A DNA stretch of 64,000 nt from Candidatus Cloacimonadales bacterium (GCA_963662275.1 OY759316.1:3168001-3232000), one strand, 5' to 3'; shown: positions 33,643-43,591, counted from the first letter of the stretch. A program made the numbers and translations. Notes: generated from the sequence alone by a model not told the origin.

Positions 33643-34317
33643 ATGGATAAGGACAACACTATTAGTCAGAATAGTTTACAGTATATTTATCGATCACGAA
33701 ATCTCCCCCATAAATATGATACAGACAAACCTATCTTCATAACTTATCGATTGAAATTTACAATTCCAAATTCTATAAAGGAAGAAATGAATCTTCGAAA
33801 GAAGGAATGGCAAAAAAAATATGCTAGCCTGCCTGAGTCTGAGAAGCCTAATGCGCTAAAACTTAATGAATTAGAAACATTTCGAAGATTCGACGAATTG
33901 CTTCATAAGTCAGATGAAGTTCCAAGACTTCTTCATAGGGTTGATTTAACGAATGTAATAATAGATAACTTTCATTACTTTAACAACCAAAGGTATCAAC
34001 TCCAGGCATTTTGCATTATGCCTAATCATGTACATGTTCTTATTAAACCTCTCAAACAACCTGACGGTGAGGTTTTTTCCTTAGCACATATCAATTACAC
34101 TTGGAAGAGATTCACTTCCAACAAAATAAATAAGATATTGAATAGAACAGGGAGTCTTTGGCAAGATGAGTCTTATGATCATCTTATTCAATCAGACAAT
34201 GAATTCTATGCTACTTTAGAGTATATCATCAACAATCCGATAAAAGCTGGATTAGTTGATCATTGGAAAGATTGGCATGGAACATGGATAAGGGAAGATT
34301 TGAAGAGCAGACAGTAG
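33643..34317 (+). CDS. REP-associated tyrosine transposase (RAYT / TnpA-REP, Y1 HUH)
   Basis: IFITY, CIMPNHVHVL (HUH), LWQDESYDHLI, YIINNPIKAG (catalytic Tyr); flanked by inverted REPs. Confidence 0.93.
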   Translation: MDKDNTISQNSLQYIYRSRNLPHKYDTDKPIFITYRLKFTIPNSIKEEMNLRKKEWQKKYASLPESEKPNALKLNELETFRRFDELLHKSDEVPRLLHRVDLTNVIIDNFHYFNNQRYQLQAFCIMPNHVHVLIKPLKQPDGEVFSLAHINYTWKRFTSNKINKILNRTGSLWQDESYDHLIQSDNEFYATLEYIINNPIKAGLVDHWKDWHGTWIREDLKSRQ

Positions 34318-34406
34318 GATCGGCATCCTACTCCACACTCAGCAGACAGTAGGATCGGCATCCTACTCCACATTCAGCAGACAGTAGGATCGGCATCCTA
34401 CTCCAC
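34306..34406 (-). repeat. Three inverted REP copies, 35-bp period
   Basis: agcagacagtaggatcggcatcctactccac x3; reverse complement of the upstream REP; first copy supplies the RAYT stop codon. Confidence 0.95.
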
Positions 34407-34413
34407 TACATAC

Positions 34414-35604
34414 TTACTTCAATATCCCTAATTCCTTTCCAATCTTCACAAAAGAGCTAATAGCACGATCAAGATGAAATAGGGAATGTGCTGCTGAAAG
34501 CTGAACACGGATGCGTGCTTTCCCCACAGGAACAACTGGATATGTGAATCCAATCACATATATTCCCTCTTCAAGAAGGCGATTCGCCATTTCCACGGCA
34601 AGATTCTCATCATGAATCATAACCGGTACAATCGCAGTATCACTTGGAATAATGTCAAATCCGGCTTCTATCATACCTTTTCGGAAGTAATTAGCGTTTG
34701 TGATGAGATGATTTCTAAAATTAGTTGTTTCAATAAGCATATCAATCACTTTCATGACAGCACCAACTATGGGAGGTGCAATCGTATTGGAAAATATATA
34801 CGGTCTGGAACGTTGTCGTAAATATTCAATGACATCCCTGCTACTGGATATGCAACCACCGGAAGACCCGCCAAGTGCTTTACCAAAAGTAGTTGTGATA
34901 ATATCTACACGTCCTTCAACACCACAATATTCAACAGTACCTCTTCCGGTATCACCGATATAACCCGTTGCATGGGAATCATCCACCAGGACAAGAGAAT
35001 CATACTTTTCTGCAAGATCACAGATTGTTTGAAGATTAGCAATATCTCCATCCATGGAGAAGACACCATCAGTGACGATTAGGCGATACTTCATGTCTTT
35101 CGCCTTAGTTAGGATATCCTCTAATTCTGTCATATCAGCATGTGTATAACGAAATCGCTGCGCTTTGCATAAACGAACACCATCAATGATGGAAGCATGA
35201 TTCAAAGCATCTGAGATGATCGCACAATCTTCATCAAGTAGAGGTTCGAACACTCCACCATTGGCATCAAAGCAGGAAGAATAGAGAATTGTGTCTTCCA
35301 TACCCAGAAACTTGGATACTTTCTTTTCCAGTTGTTTATGTATTTCCTGTGTTCCACAGATGAAACGTACCGAAGCCAAGCCAAATCCCCACTCATCGAG
35401 TGTCTTCTTTACAGCCTTAATGACTTCCGGATGATTTGCCAAGCCCAGGTAATTATTTGCACAGAAATTGATAACTTTTTCACCATCGACCAAGGCAATC
35501 TCTGCCCCTTGAGGTGTACCGAGGATACGTTCAGTTTTGAACATACCTGACGTATTTATTTGATCCAACTGTTTCCTGATATCTCCATGGAATCTTTTAG
35601 ACAT
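34414..35604 (-). CDS. kbl: Glycine C-acetyltransferase (2-amino-3-ketobutyrate CoA ligase)
   Basis: NFCANNYLGL, SVRFICGTQ, SCFDANGG, NHASIIDG, DGVFSMDG, DDSH, TFGKALGG, ARIRVQLSAAH. Confidence 0.92.
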   Translation of the reverse strand: MSKRFHGDIRKQLDQINTSGMFKTERILGTPQGAEIALVDGEKVINFCANNYLGLANHPEVIKAVKKTLDEWGFGLASVRFICGTQEIHKQLEKKVSKFLGMEDTILYSSCFDANGGVFEPLLDEDCAIISDALNHASIIDGVRLCKAQRFRYTHADMTELEDILTKAKDMKYRLIVTDGVFSMDGDIANLQTICDLAEKYDSLVLVDDSHATGYIGDTGRGTVEYCGVEGRVDIITTTFGKALGGSSGGCISSSRDVIEYLRQRSRPYIFSNTIAPPIVGAVMKVIDMLIETTNFRNHLITNANYFRKGMIEAGFDIIPSDTAIVPVMIHDENLAVEMANRLLEEGIYVIGFTYPVVPVGKARIRVQLSAAHSLFHLDRAISSFVKIGKELGILK

Positions 35605-35623
35605 GATAACCTCTTTTTTCTTT

Positions 35624-35776
35624 GTAGAGTAGGATTCCGATCCTACTGAATACTAAACTCATCGTGGAGTAGGATTCCGATCCTACTGAATACTAAACTT
35701 CAGCGTGTTACACTCAGACTCAATTAACTTCTTCACTAATAGTCAACTGTTCAGTAGGATCGGAATCCTACTCCAC
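35624..35776. repeat. REP cluster (two direct, one inverted; TCCG loop variant)
   Basis: gtag/gtgg-agtaggat-tccg-atcctact at 35624 and 35664; inverted copy 35753-35776. Confidence 0.9.
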
Positions 35777-35850
35777 GTTATTGAGACGTCTCAGCGTTTA
35801 CAGTAATTCTGTCAATAAAAACAAGCGCCTTTTCCATCTATGGAAAAAGC

Positions 35851-37711
35851 GAGACTGTTCAAAATTAACCTCCATTTTACGCAGCCTTATTGGTAGTGAC
35901 AGAGAAAAAGTGGTCTAAGTGCGACCAATCCACATTTTCTTGACATATGCGGGAGATATTTAAACTTGCTAAAAGTGATTCCTGACGCATGATTGGTTGA
36001 CCTTTATCGACCAGTTCTTTGAACCAAAGCGAAAACACAAGGTTGCGGGTGGTTTCTTCAGATTTTAGTCCAAATCTACCGGATGTCACCTTCTTGATTT
36101 TGCGGTTCCAGCGTTCAGAGACATTGGAAGTCAAACCTTTGCTGAGGTGTCTCCAATCACTAATGATATTGCTTTTGATGTATTCGGCGGCGGTTGGGGG
36201 AGTAATAGCTGTCAGGCTTGCGATACCCTTTTTCCTTCCGCCCGCCGTTTCTCTTCGGAAAGCTTTCATAATCCTCTTCTTAAAGAACTTGTCCCTGTCT
36301 TCAGGGAGATGACATTGACTGATTCTTTTGAAGAGATTTCGTATCTTATGGAACTTACAGAGTTGGTAATGGACTTTTGGAAACACTGTTTTTCTTGCAA
36401 CTGCTAACGATTTACTGCCATCACTGACAATCAGGGTTGGATCTTTCCTGTAGAGCTGTCTGAAGGTTCTGAAACATGCTTCGAATGATTCTTTCTTTGT
36501 GTCAGGATACAACTCACAAAACAGAGGGATGTGAGTCACAAAATCAACAATACTGATGACATAGTACGGAATACCTTTGATCTTCACATATTTCTCATCA
36601 ATGCTGATCTTTCCGCTCCACTTACCGATTGAGTTCAGAATCAGGCTCTGCAGGTCAGCGATTTCATGCCAGAGATTTGAGACTGTAGCTTTACAGGTGT
36701 TGAGCAGCAAAGCTATCGTCTCGAAGTTCATACCGCTTCCAACCAGGTAATGTACCAGCAGACACAGGTTCTTGCGTTCCAGACTATGGAACGGCTTTGC
36801 ATCGGCGGTTCTATGGGATGTATTGCCTTTAGCAGTCTTCATTTGTTCCAGGAGTCTGTCACAGATAACAGGTGTATTCTGCTGACCGGCAAGCAGTTTC
36901 AGCAGATGTACAGCATCACCGCCTACTGTCTTTTTCAGAAGAAGCTTCTGAGCTTGCTTAACTACAGACAGAGAATTGACCTGAGAAGCATATTTGCAGA
37001 AAGTGGTATAGGACATTTTAAAATCATGATGGCTGATGAACTCCTGATACATGACATTTAAAGGTAAAAGCAGGTTATTGATAACAAAATTCTCGATCTG
37101 AGGAATACACTCCAGCAGGTCAACTTTCCGGCTTAAATATGCCAGGATATCATGACCATGCTGCTCAAACTCTTGCCAGAAATTATGTACATTCCTGCGG
37201 TCTGCGTAGTTAAACAGATCAGCTATTTGCTGAAGTGTAAGGAGGTTGTCTCCGCCTATTCCTACTAATAAGCGTAGAAACGCTATTAAGAACTTGTGGT
37301 TTGATGTTGTCTCAGGCAAAGTGAATGAAAATGGTACGTTAATACTTACATGGTATTGGTTACTTTCATGACTAACACTTACCGCTTCTTGAATTGGAGT
37401 GTTTTTTTGTCATAATATCCTCCCTTTTGTTACCAGGTAACAAATGCCATTGAAGCTATAGCAAAAAACTTGTAAAGAACTATTTTATATGATTTTAACT
37501 ACACATTTAGTCAGAAACGGCTTCGAAACATTACTTATAATCGCGTGTTTTTCAATTTTAGTCAAAAAGCTTAACTTGTGATTTGGTGTCCTTAGCAGAG
37601 CTTATCTGTCAATTCTGGAAGGTATGTTAAATTATGACCGTTTCGACCACTTTTTTCAACTTGCTACTTTCTAACTTATTGAATATTATGAATAACTTCA
37701 TGAACAGTCTC
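35851..37711 (-). mobile_element. Insertion sequence with Mutator/IS256-like DDE transposase, complete
   Basis: Terminal IR GAGACTGTTCA (35851-35861) / TGAACAGTCTC (37701-37711); 8-bp direct repeat GAAAAAGC at 35843-35850 and 37712-37719. Confidence 0.9.
35877..37319 (-). CDS. DDE transposase (CxxH Mutator-like motif); natural start appears frameshifted
   Basis: SIDEKY, IVSDGS, FPKVHYQLCKFHKIRN, TSNVSERWNRKIK; RBS+ATG at 37413 is out of frame by one base. Confidence 0.85.
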   Translation of the reverse strand: MPETTSNHKFLIAFLRLLVGIGGDNLLTLQQIADLFNYADRRNVHNFWQEFEQHGHDILAYLSRKVDLLECIPQIENFVINNLLLPLNVMYQEFISHHDFKMSYTTFCKYASQVNSLSVVKQAQKLLLKKTVGGDAVHLLKLLAGQQNTPVICDRLLEQMKTAKGNTSHRTADAKPFHSLERKNLCLLVHYLVGSGMNFETIALLLNTCKATVSNLWHEIADLQSLILNSIGKWSGKISIDEKYVKIKGIPYYVISIVDFVTHIPLFCELYPDTKKESFEACFRTFRQLYRKDPTLIVSDGSKSLAVARKTVFPKVHYQLCKFHKIRNLFKRISQCHLPEDRDKFFKKRIMKAFRRETAGGRKKGIASLTAITPPTAAEYIKSNIISDWRHLSKGLTSNVSERWNRKIKKVTSGRFGLKSEETTRNLVFSLWFKELVDKGQPIMRQESLLASLNISRICQENVDWSHLDHFFSVTTNKAA

Positions 37712-37757
37712 GAAAAAGCGCTTTAAATGTATTACTGAAGCTTATTCAGTGTAAATA

Positions 37758-39005
37758 TTATGAACTATACATTGCCATGATTTCATTCTTGGTTTTCCCA
37801 AGAATACCATATTTCTTTCCAACTTTAATGAATGCTGCCAGTGCTTTTTCGAGGTGATGCATCTCATGCGCTGCAGAGATCTGGGTACGAATTCTGGCTT
37901 TACCTTGTGGTACAACAGGGAAAAAGAAGCCTATTGCATAGACGCCTTCAGCATAGAGATCAGTTGCAAAGTCCTGTGACAGTTTCGAATCAAATAACAT
38001 CACGGGAACAATGGGAGTATCACCGGGTTGAATGATGAATCCGGCTTCAATGAGACCTTTTCTCCACCAGTTGGCACTGGCTTCCAACTTGTCCCTGCGT
38101 TCAGTTGTCTTGGAAAGGATATCCAAAACCCGAATTACACCGGCAACCACAGGTGGGGCAATAGTGTTTGAGAACAAATATGGACGTGCTTTCTGACGAC
38201 ACATCTCAACCAGTTCCTTCCGTCCGGATACGCATCCGCCGGAAGCACCGCCGAGACCTTTACCGAATGTGGTTGTGATGATGTCTATCTTGCCCATCAC
38301 GCCGCAAAGCTCATGCGTTCCTCTTCCGGTCTTACCGATAAAACCTGATGAATGTGAATCATCAACCAGCAGCATGGCATCATATTTTTCACATAATGCT
38401 ACCATTTCAGCAAGTTTTGCTGTATCGCCATCCATAGAGAAAACGCCATCTGTGATAACAAGCTTGTTGCGTTTGTCAGAATGGAGTTGAAGCTTCTCTT
38501 CCAAATGACCCATATCAGAATGCTTGAATGTATCCTGTACTGCCTTGCATAAGCGAATTCCATCGATCAGGGAAGCATGAACCAGACGATCTGATATCAT
38601 CACATCCTCTTCTGATAATATCGCTTCAAACACACCTGCATTTGCGTCCATACAGGAAGGGAAAAGAATAGTATCTTCAGTACCGAGGAATTCCGTCACT
38701 TTCCTTTCCAGCTCCTTATGTATATCCTGGGTTCCGCAAATGAAACGGACAGAGGACATACCGTACCCGCGGGCATCTAAACCTTCATGAGCAGCTTTGA
38801 CTACTTCAGGATGGCTGGATAATCCAAGATAATTATTAGCACATACATTTATGACTTTCTTCAGAGGGGCACCCGGAGGGAATTCAACTTCAATCTCTGC
38901 ATCCTGTACTGAATGAATGTAACGTTCAACCTTCAAGATACCTGCGTTCTTCAAGGCATCCACTTGTGCAGTATAAGTCGCTCTGACTTTATCGCTATAT
39001 GCCAT
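37758..39005 (-). CDS. Kbl-like alpha-oxoamine synthase (second paralog), next to the ACP gene
   Basis: NVCANNYLGL, SVRFICGTQ, HASLIDG, DDSH, TFGKGLGG; insertion EVEFPPGAPLKK. Confidence 0.88.
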   Translation of the reverse strand: MAYSDKVRATYTAQVDALKNAGILKVERYIHSVQDAEIEVEFPPGAPLKKVINVCANNYLGLSSHPEVVKAAHEGLDARGYGMSSVRFICGTQDIHKELERKVTEFLGTEDTILFPSCMDANAGVFEAILSEEDVMISDRLVHASLIDGIRLCKAVQDTFKHSDMGHLEEKLQLHSDKRNKLVITDGVFSMDGDTAKLAEMVALCEKYDAMLLVDDSHSSGFIGKTGRGTHELCGVMGKIDIITTTFGKGLGGASGGCVSGRKELVEMCRQKARPYLFSNTIAPPVVAGVIRVLDILSKTTERRDKLEASANWWRKGLIEAGFIIQPGDTPIVPVMLFDSKLSQDFATDLYAEGVYAIGFFFPVVPQGKARIRTQISAAHEMHHLEKALAAFIKVGKKYGILGKTKNEIMAMYSS

Positions 39006-39014
39006 TTCTCCTCC

Positions 39015-39263
39015 TTATTTAGCCAGGAATTCCTGAACGAGTTTCACAATTTTAGTTACACTATCAAAAGCTTCAGGGCTGGCTTTCTCATCAGGGATAG
39101 AAATTTTGTATTTGTTTTCCAGGAAGCGTTTCAGGGATACCATCGAGAAAGAATCTACTATACCACCTGAAATGAGTGGCGTATCAAAGCTTATTTCTTC
39201 ATCCGGATCTTCACAATATTCTTTGATCACATAGGCAAGAACGATGTCACGAATTTCTTCCAT
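39015..39263 (-). CDS. Acyl carrier protein (DltC-like)
   Basis: 82 aa, acidic, LISGGIVDSFSMV phosphopantetheine Ser motif, FDSVTKI. Confidence 0.9.
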   Translation of the reverse strand: MEEIRDIVLAYVIKEYCEDPDEEISFDTPLISGGIVDSFSMVSLKRFLENKYKISIPDEKASPEAFDSVTKIVKLVQEFLAK

Positions 39264-39393
39264 AATTAGTTAACTCCTTTATTGTTTTGGTTTTAATCTT
39301 TTGTGGCATAAGATTCCAATCTTATGATAATTAATTCCTTCATTTATTTTGTACTTTTTAATCGTCTTCAATGTTGATGTATGACCAAACTAT

Positions 39394-39423
39394 CCCCCTT
39401 GATAAGGGGGGTAGGGGGGTCAA
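39394..39423. repeat. CCCCCTT-GAT-AAGGGGG hairpin (same family as 1124-1208)
   Basis: cccccttgataaggggggtaggggggtcaa. Confidence 0.75.
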
Positions 39424-39429
39424 CCTGTA

Positions 39430-41133
39430 TTAATCATCTTCAAGTGTAGATATATCACCGATTTCCTCACCCCATTCCTGGGCTTTCAGGACACGGCGCA
39501 TGATCTTACCACTGCGTGTTTTGGGCAAATTAGGCACAAATTCAATCTCTTGAGGCATGGCAAGAGGTGATAACTTCCTGCGAATGAAGTTCATGATATC
39601 CAAATCCATTTCATCACTTGCTTCGAAACCAGGTTTCAGACAGACAAAAGCCTTTACCACTTCCATATTGACGAAGTCAGGTTTGGAAACGACTGCTGAT
39701 TCAGCCACTGCGGGATGTTCCAGCAATGCGGACTCCACTTCGAATGGACTGACCAAATGACCGCCTGTATTGATGATATCATCATCACGACCCACAAACC
39801 AATAGTAGCCGTCCATATCAATGTAAGCTCTATCACCCGGGAGATACCAGCCGTTTTTGAACTTCGCCTGGTAGGTGGCTTCATTATTCCAATAGGTACG
39901 CATCATGGCAGGCCAGCCTGGTTTGAAACCGATCAAGCCGATCTTACCTGTTTCCGTGATCGGTTCAAATGTCTCGGTATCCACAACACAAGCTGTGATT
40001 CCCGGGAATGGTTTACCCATGGAACCTGGCTTTATCTTCATATCGGGTAAATTAGTAATCATGATGGAACCGGTCTCTGTCTGCCAATAGGAATCATGGA
40101 ATTTTAAACCAAATACCTTATCAGACCAGACTACAGCTTCTGAATTCAATGGTTCACCTACACTGGCTAAATGGCGAAGAGAGGAAAGATCGAAAGTCTT
40201 AATAATGTCGTCACCGGCTTTCATCAGGGAACGAATTGCTGTTGGAGCTGAATACCAGACAGTAATCTTATGCTTTTGAATGAAGCTATACCACGCATCG
40301 GCTGAAAAGCCTATATCATTCACGCATTGTGTCACACCCATTGACCAGGGTCCGATAATACCATAGGAAATACCGGTTACCCAGCCCGGATCGGCGGTGC
40401 ACCAATAAATATCATCATCCTTCAGATCCAATACCCATTTCGTAGTGAGATACTGGGAAATGAGTGAATAATGCACATGCTTCACACCTTTCGGCATGCC
40501 TGTTGTACCTGATGTATAATGTAAAAGAGAGGGAGATTCAGCATGTGTAGGATAAGATTCAAACACATCCACACGTTCTACCTCTTCCATATTGAAGGCG
40601 ACCTCACGTTCCTGCAGAGGGCTTTTCTGATTGTCATCAACAATGATGATATGTCGTAATTCAGGAAGCTTGTCGATGATCTTGCGAAGCTTGCCAACAT
40701 GCTTCTTCTGGGTGAAGACAGCACATGTACCTGCATTCTCCAAACGAACCAATAAAGATTCATCACCGAAGGCAGAGAATAATGGCTGCGCAGCACAGCC
40801 TGCCTTGAGAACTGAAACAACACCGATGTACAGTTCAGGGATTCTATCCATGAAAAGACAAATACGTTCTTCGGGCTTGATTCCTAATTTCTGGATAAAG
40901 GTCGCAACCGTATTACTGAGTTGGCGGATATCATTGTAGGTATACTGTTTGGCTTTCCCTCCAAGTCCTTCCCACTTCAGGGCAAGCTTATCGCCCTTTC
41001 CCTGTTTACAGATTCGATCTGTGCAATACCAGCCGATATTAATGACATTACCAGGCTTGTACTCGAGTTCTTTTTCGGCAATTTCCCAGGAAAAGTTTTT
41101 GAGTCTTTCGTCGTATGATCCAATATTTGACAT
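39430..41133 (-). CDS. acsA: Acetate--CoA ligase-like AMP-forming adenylation enzyme
   Basis: YTSGTTGMPKG, WCTADPGWVTG, SVGEPLN, WQTETG, GRDDD, LPKTRSGKIMRR. Confidence 0.85.
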   Translation of the reverse strand: MSNIGSYDERLKNFSWEIAEKELEYKPGNVINIGWYCTDRICKQGKGDKLALKWEGLGGKAKQYTYNDIRQLSNTVATFIQKLGIKPEERICLFMDRIPELYIGVVSVLKAGCAAQPLFSAFGDESLLVRLENAGTCAVFTQKKHVGKLRKIIDKLPELRHIIIVDDNQKSPLQEREVAFNMEEVERVDVFESYPTHAESPSLLHYTSGTTGMPKGVKHVHYSLISQYLTTKWVLDLKDDDIYWCTADPGWVTGISYGIIGPWSMGVTQCVNDIGFSADAWYSFIQKHKITVWYSAPTAIRSLMKAGDDIIKTFDLSSLRHLASVGEPLNSEAVVWSDKVFGLKFHDSYWQTETGSIMITNLPDMKIKPGSMGKPFPGITACVVDTETFEPITETGKIGLIGFKPGWPAMMRTYWNNEATYQAKFKNGWYLPGDRAYIDMDGYYWFVGRDDDIINTGGHLVSPFEVESALLEHPAVAESAVVSKPDFVNMEVVKAFVCLKPGFEASDEMDLDIMNFIRRKLSPLAMPQEIEFVPNLPKTRSGKIMRRVLKAQEWGEEIGDISTLEDD

Positions 41134-41262
41134 ATCTTACACCCCTCTATCTTATTCAGTGATAATCAGAACCAAGATGAATTCTACTCATAAATTGTTT
41201 ATAAATTTGAATGTGATGATGTTTTTGTCAATAACAATTTAGAAGGCAATGAAGAAGGGGGT

Positions 41263-41494
41263 TAGGTGCTAGGTTCTAGGTGTTAGGTTCTAGTCCAGAA
41301 CAGCGCATGCGGAATATTAGCAATATTTGAACATATTCTTGATACCAGCTTCTATAGTAGTCATTCTTAAATTAATAACGACTATGCTTGGGCGTACGAG
41401 CTGTCACAGTGCAGATGTCGGTAGTCATCCTTGCGAGTGCGAGGATCCATCTTCTCCTCTTGAACCTAGCACCTGGAACCTAGCACCTGGAACC
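41263..41494. repeat. Inverted 7-bp tandem arrays (TAGGTGC/TAGGTTC ... GCACCTA/GAACCTA)
   Basis: 41263-41293 and inverted 41462-41494. Confidence 0.8.
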
Positions 41495-41500
41495 TTTTAC

Positions 41501-43051
41501 TCACTTCACCAACATCATCTTCCTAACTTCCTGCTTCCCTGATGAAGAAATACGACAGAAATACAAGCTGGAAGCTACTGCATTACCATTGTCATCTTTC
41601 CCATTCCAAGTCACAGAATGCTGTCCAGCTATTTGGTTTTCATTGATAAGAGTCTTAACATGCTGACCTTTGATGTTATAGACCGATAGTTCTGTTAGCC
41701 CTTTTACAGGCAGGCTGTAGGAGATAGTTGTGGTGGGATTGAAGGGGTTTGGGTAGTTGGAAATAGAAACCAAGGATGATGAGGGAATGACGGTATCATC
41801 CGTTGTTGGTGTATTATTCTGAGCCAAATATGGATAGCCACCATTCAAATTGGCGTTGATTGACCACATGTCATCGGTTCCATTTGCGGTTTCACTAATA
41901 AAGTCCCATCCCGCATTCAGATATGTGCTGATGTCCTGCATTTGGGTTGTGGTGCAGCCAGTACCCCCGGCACTTGTGGATTGGCCACTGGTTTCGGTGT
42001 TCCAGAAGCTGCTAATAACTGATTCATTGCTACTATACCCCCCAAGTCCGCCAGTGCTGACTAGCCCAGTAACATTACCCGTGGCGTAGCAGTTGCTTAT
42101 GATACCTGTGTTACCCCCCACCAGACCACCGGTGTTTTGATAGCCACTTACACTACCGGTGGCATAGCAGTTGTCTATCGTGCCGTAGTTAGAACCCACC
42201 AGACCGCCGGCAGAGTTGTGTGCGTAAGGGCATGTAACACTACCTGTTGCGTAGCAGTTGCTGATTGTGCTCCCTTCGCTTAACCCCACTAGACCGCCAG
42301 TTTCACCAGAATGACCAGTAACACTGCAACTGGAGTTGCAGTTGTTGATTGTACTGTAAGTGTTATCCCCTGACAGACCACCGGTGTAAACATAGCCACT
42401 TACGCTACCGATGGTGTAGCAGTTGCTTATAGTACCACTATAGTTCTGCCCCACCAGTCCGCCAGTGTAATTTGTACCGGTCACTGTTCCTGTGGCGTAG
42501 CAGTTGTCTATGGATCCGTGGTTATTACCCACCAGTCCGCCGGTGCGCGTGTCTCTACCAATAATACTACCAGTGACATGGCAGTTGTTTATGGCACTAC
42601 CTTGGTTATCCCCCACCAGACCGCCGGTGTAATTATCGCCATGCACTTCCAAATTGTTCAATCCAAGATTAGCTAAGATGGCCTCATTTGTATTTCCAAA
42701 CATGCCTTGTAAGCTTATATATGGTCTATTAATGAATAAATTTAAAATTATATGTCCCTGACCATCGTAGTTGCCGGTAAAATTGACGTAATCAGTGCTG
42801 GAGTTATAATAACCAATCGGATTCCATCCTTGTCCCCAATTCCAATTCCGAGTATCGTTGGCATCAATATCGGCAGTCTGGACAAACCAACTACCCCAAC
42901 TGCTGCTGTTCTCACTGATCCATTGAAGATTATCCAAACTGGCTACATGATATGGGCTGGCTTCGGTTCCTTCACCAGCAGGCTGAACCGCCACCGCACT
43001 TAAAGTACATACACAGAAAATAAAAATCAAGGCCAAGCAAACTGCCTTCAA
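41501..43051 (-). CDS. Secreted GLUG-repeat protein with C-terminal T9SS-like/FlgD-Ig sorting domain
   Basis: Repeated TGGLVG.N..G.I.NCYATG.V; FTGNYDGQGH; NYPNPFNPTTTISY..WNGKDDNG..KMMLVK. Confidence 0.9.
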   Translation of the reverse strand: MKAVCLALIFIFCVCTLSAVAVQPAGEGTEASPYHVASLDNLQWISENSSSWGSWFVQTADIDANDTRNWNWGQGWNPIGYYNSSTDYVNFTGNYDGQGHIILNLFINRPYISLQGMFGNTNEAILANLGLNNLEVHGDNYTGGLVGDNQGSAINNCHVTGSIIGRDTRTGGLVGNNHGSIDNCYATGTVTGTNYTGGLVGQNYSGTISNCYTIGSVSGYVYTGGLSGDNTYSTINNCNSSCSVTGHSGETGGLVGLSEGSTISNCYATGSVTCPYAHNSAGGLVGSNYGTIDNCYATGSVSGYQNTGGLVGGNTGIISNCYATGNVTGLVSTGGLGGYSSNESVISSFWNTETSGQSTSAGGTGCTTTQMQDISTYLNAGWDFISETANGTDDMWSINANLNGGYPYLAQNNTPTTDDTVIPSSSLVSISNYPNPFNPTTTISYSLPVKGLTELSVYNIKGQHVKTLINENQIAGQHSVTWNGKDDNGNAVASSLYFCRISSSGKQEVRKMMLVK

Positions 43052-43224
43052 TATTCCTCCTAATGACTATGTTGAAAATTATCTTCCTACCAAATTCCTT
43101 TGTTGTCAAGCCTTTTCCTCTTCAGCCGTGAGTTCACTCCAACAATTCAAAAGCATACTGTACATGTGCAGATAGAGTCATGGATTCTCTCATCCGCATG
43201 AATGACAATAATGACGACAATCAA

Positions 43225-43568
43225 GTCCAGTATGGACGATAGATATTAACGACGGATTTCAATCCGCGATACGTGACCCATAGCGACCACTAGCCCGGTA
43301 CGGACGGCGATGAGTATGAGTGCATATAGTCCGGTACGTGATAGTGTAGTGTATCGTCGCGATTGGACTTTGATCTCTTGTGGTCAGTTGCCACCGGATT
43401 GAAATCCAGTGTTATTATCTTCTTTCCCTACGGGAATTGTCTTCATTTCACTCATATCATCGCATTGAAATCCAGTATTAGTATATGTCGTCAGTACCTG
43501 ACTAATCCGTAAGCAATCAATTTCACAGGATATCAATCCAGTGTTATTATCTTTCATCCCGTTGGGAT
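43225..43568. repeat. Degenerate GGATTGAAATCC / TCCC-GGGA hairpin repeat cluster
   Basis: ggattgaaatccagtgttattatc..tccc..ggga-like units near 43395, 43462, 43527 and an inverted unit at 43225-43266. Confidence 0.65.
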
Positions 43569-43591
43569 TTAGAACAGCTCTAATTAATCAA

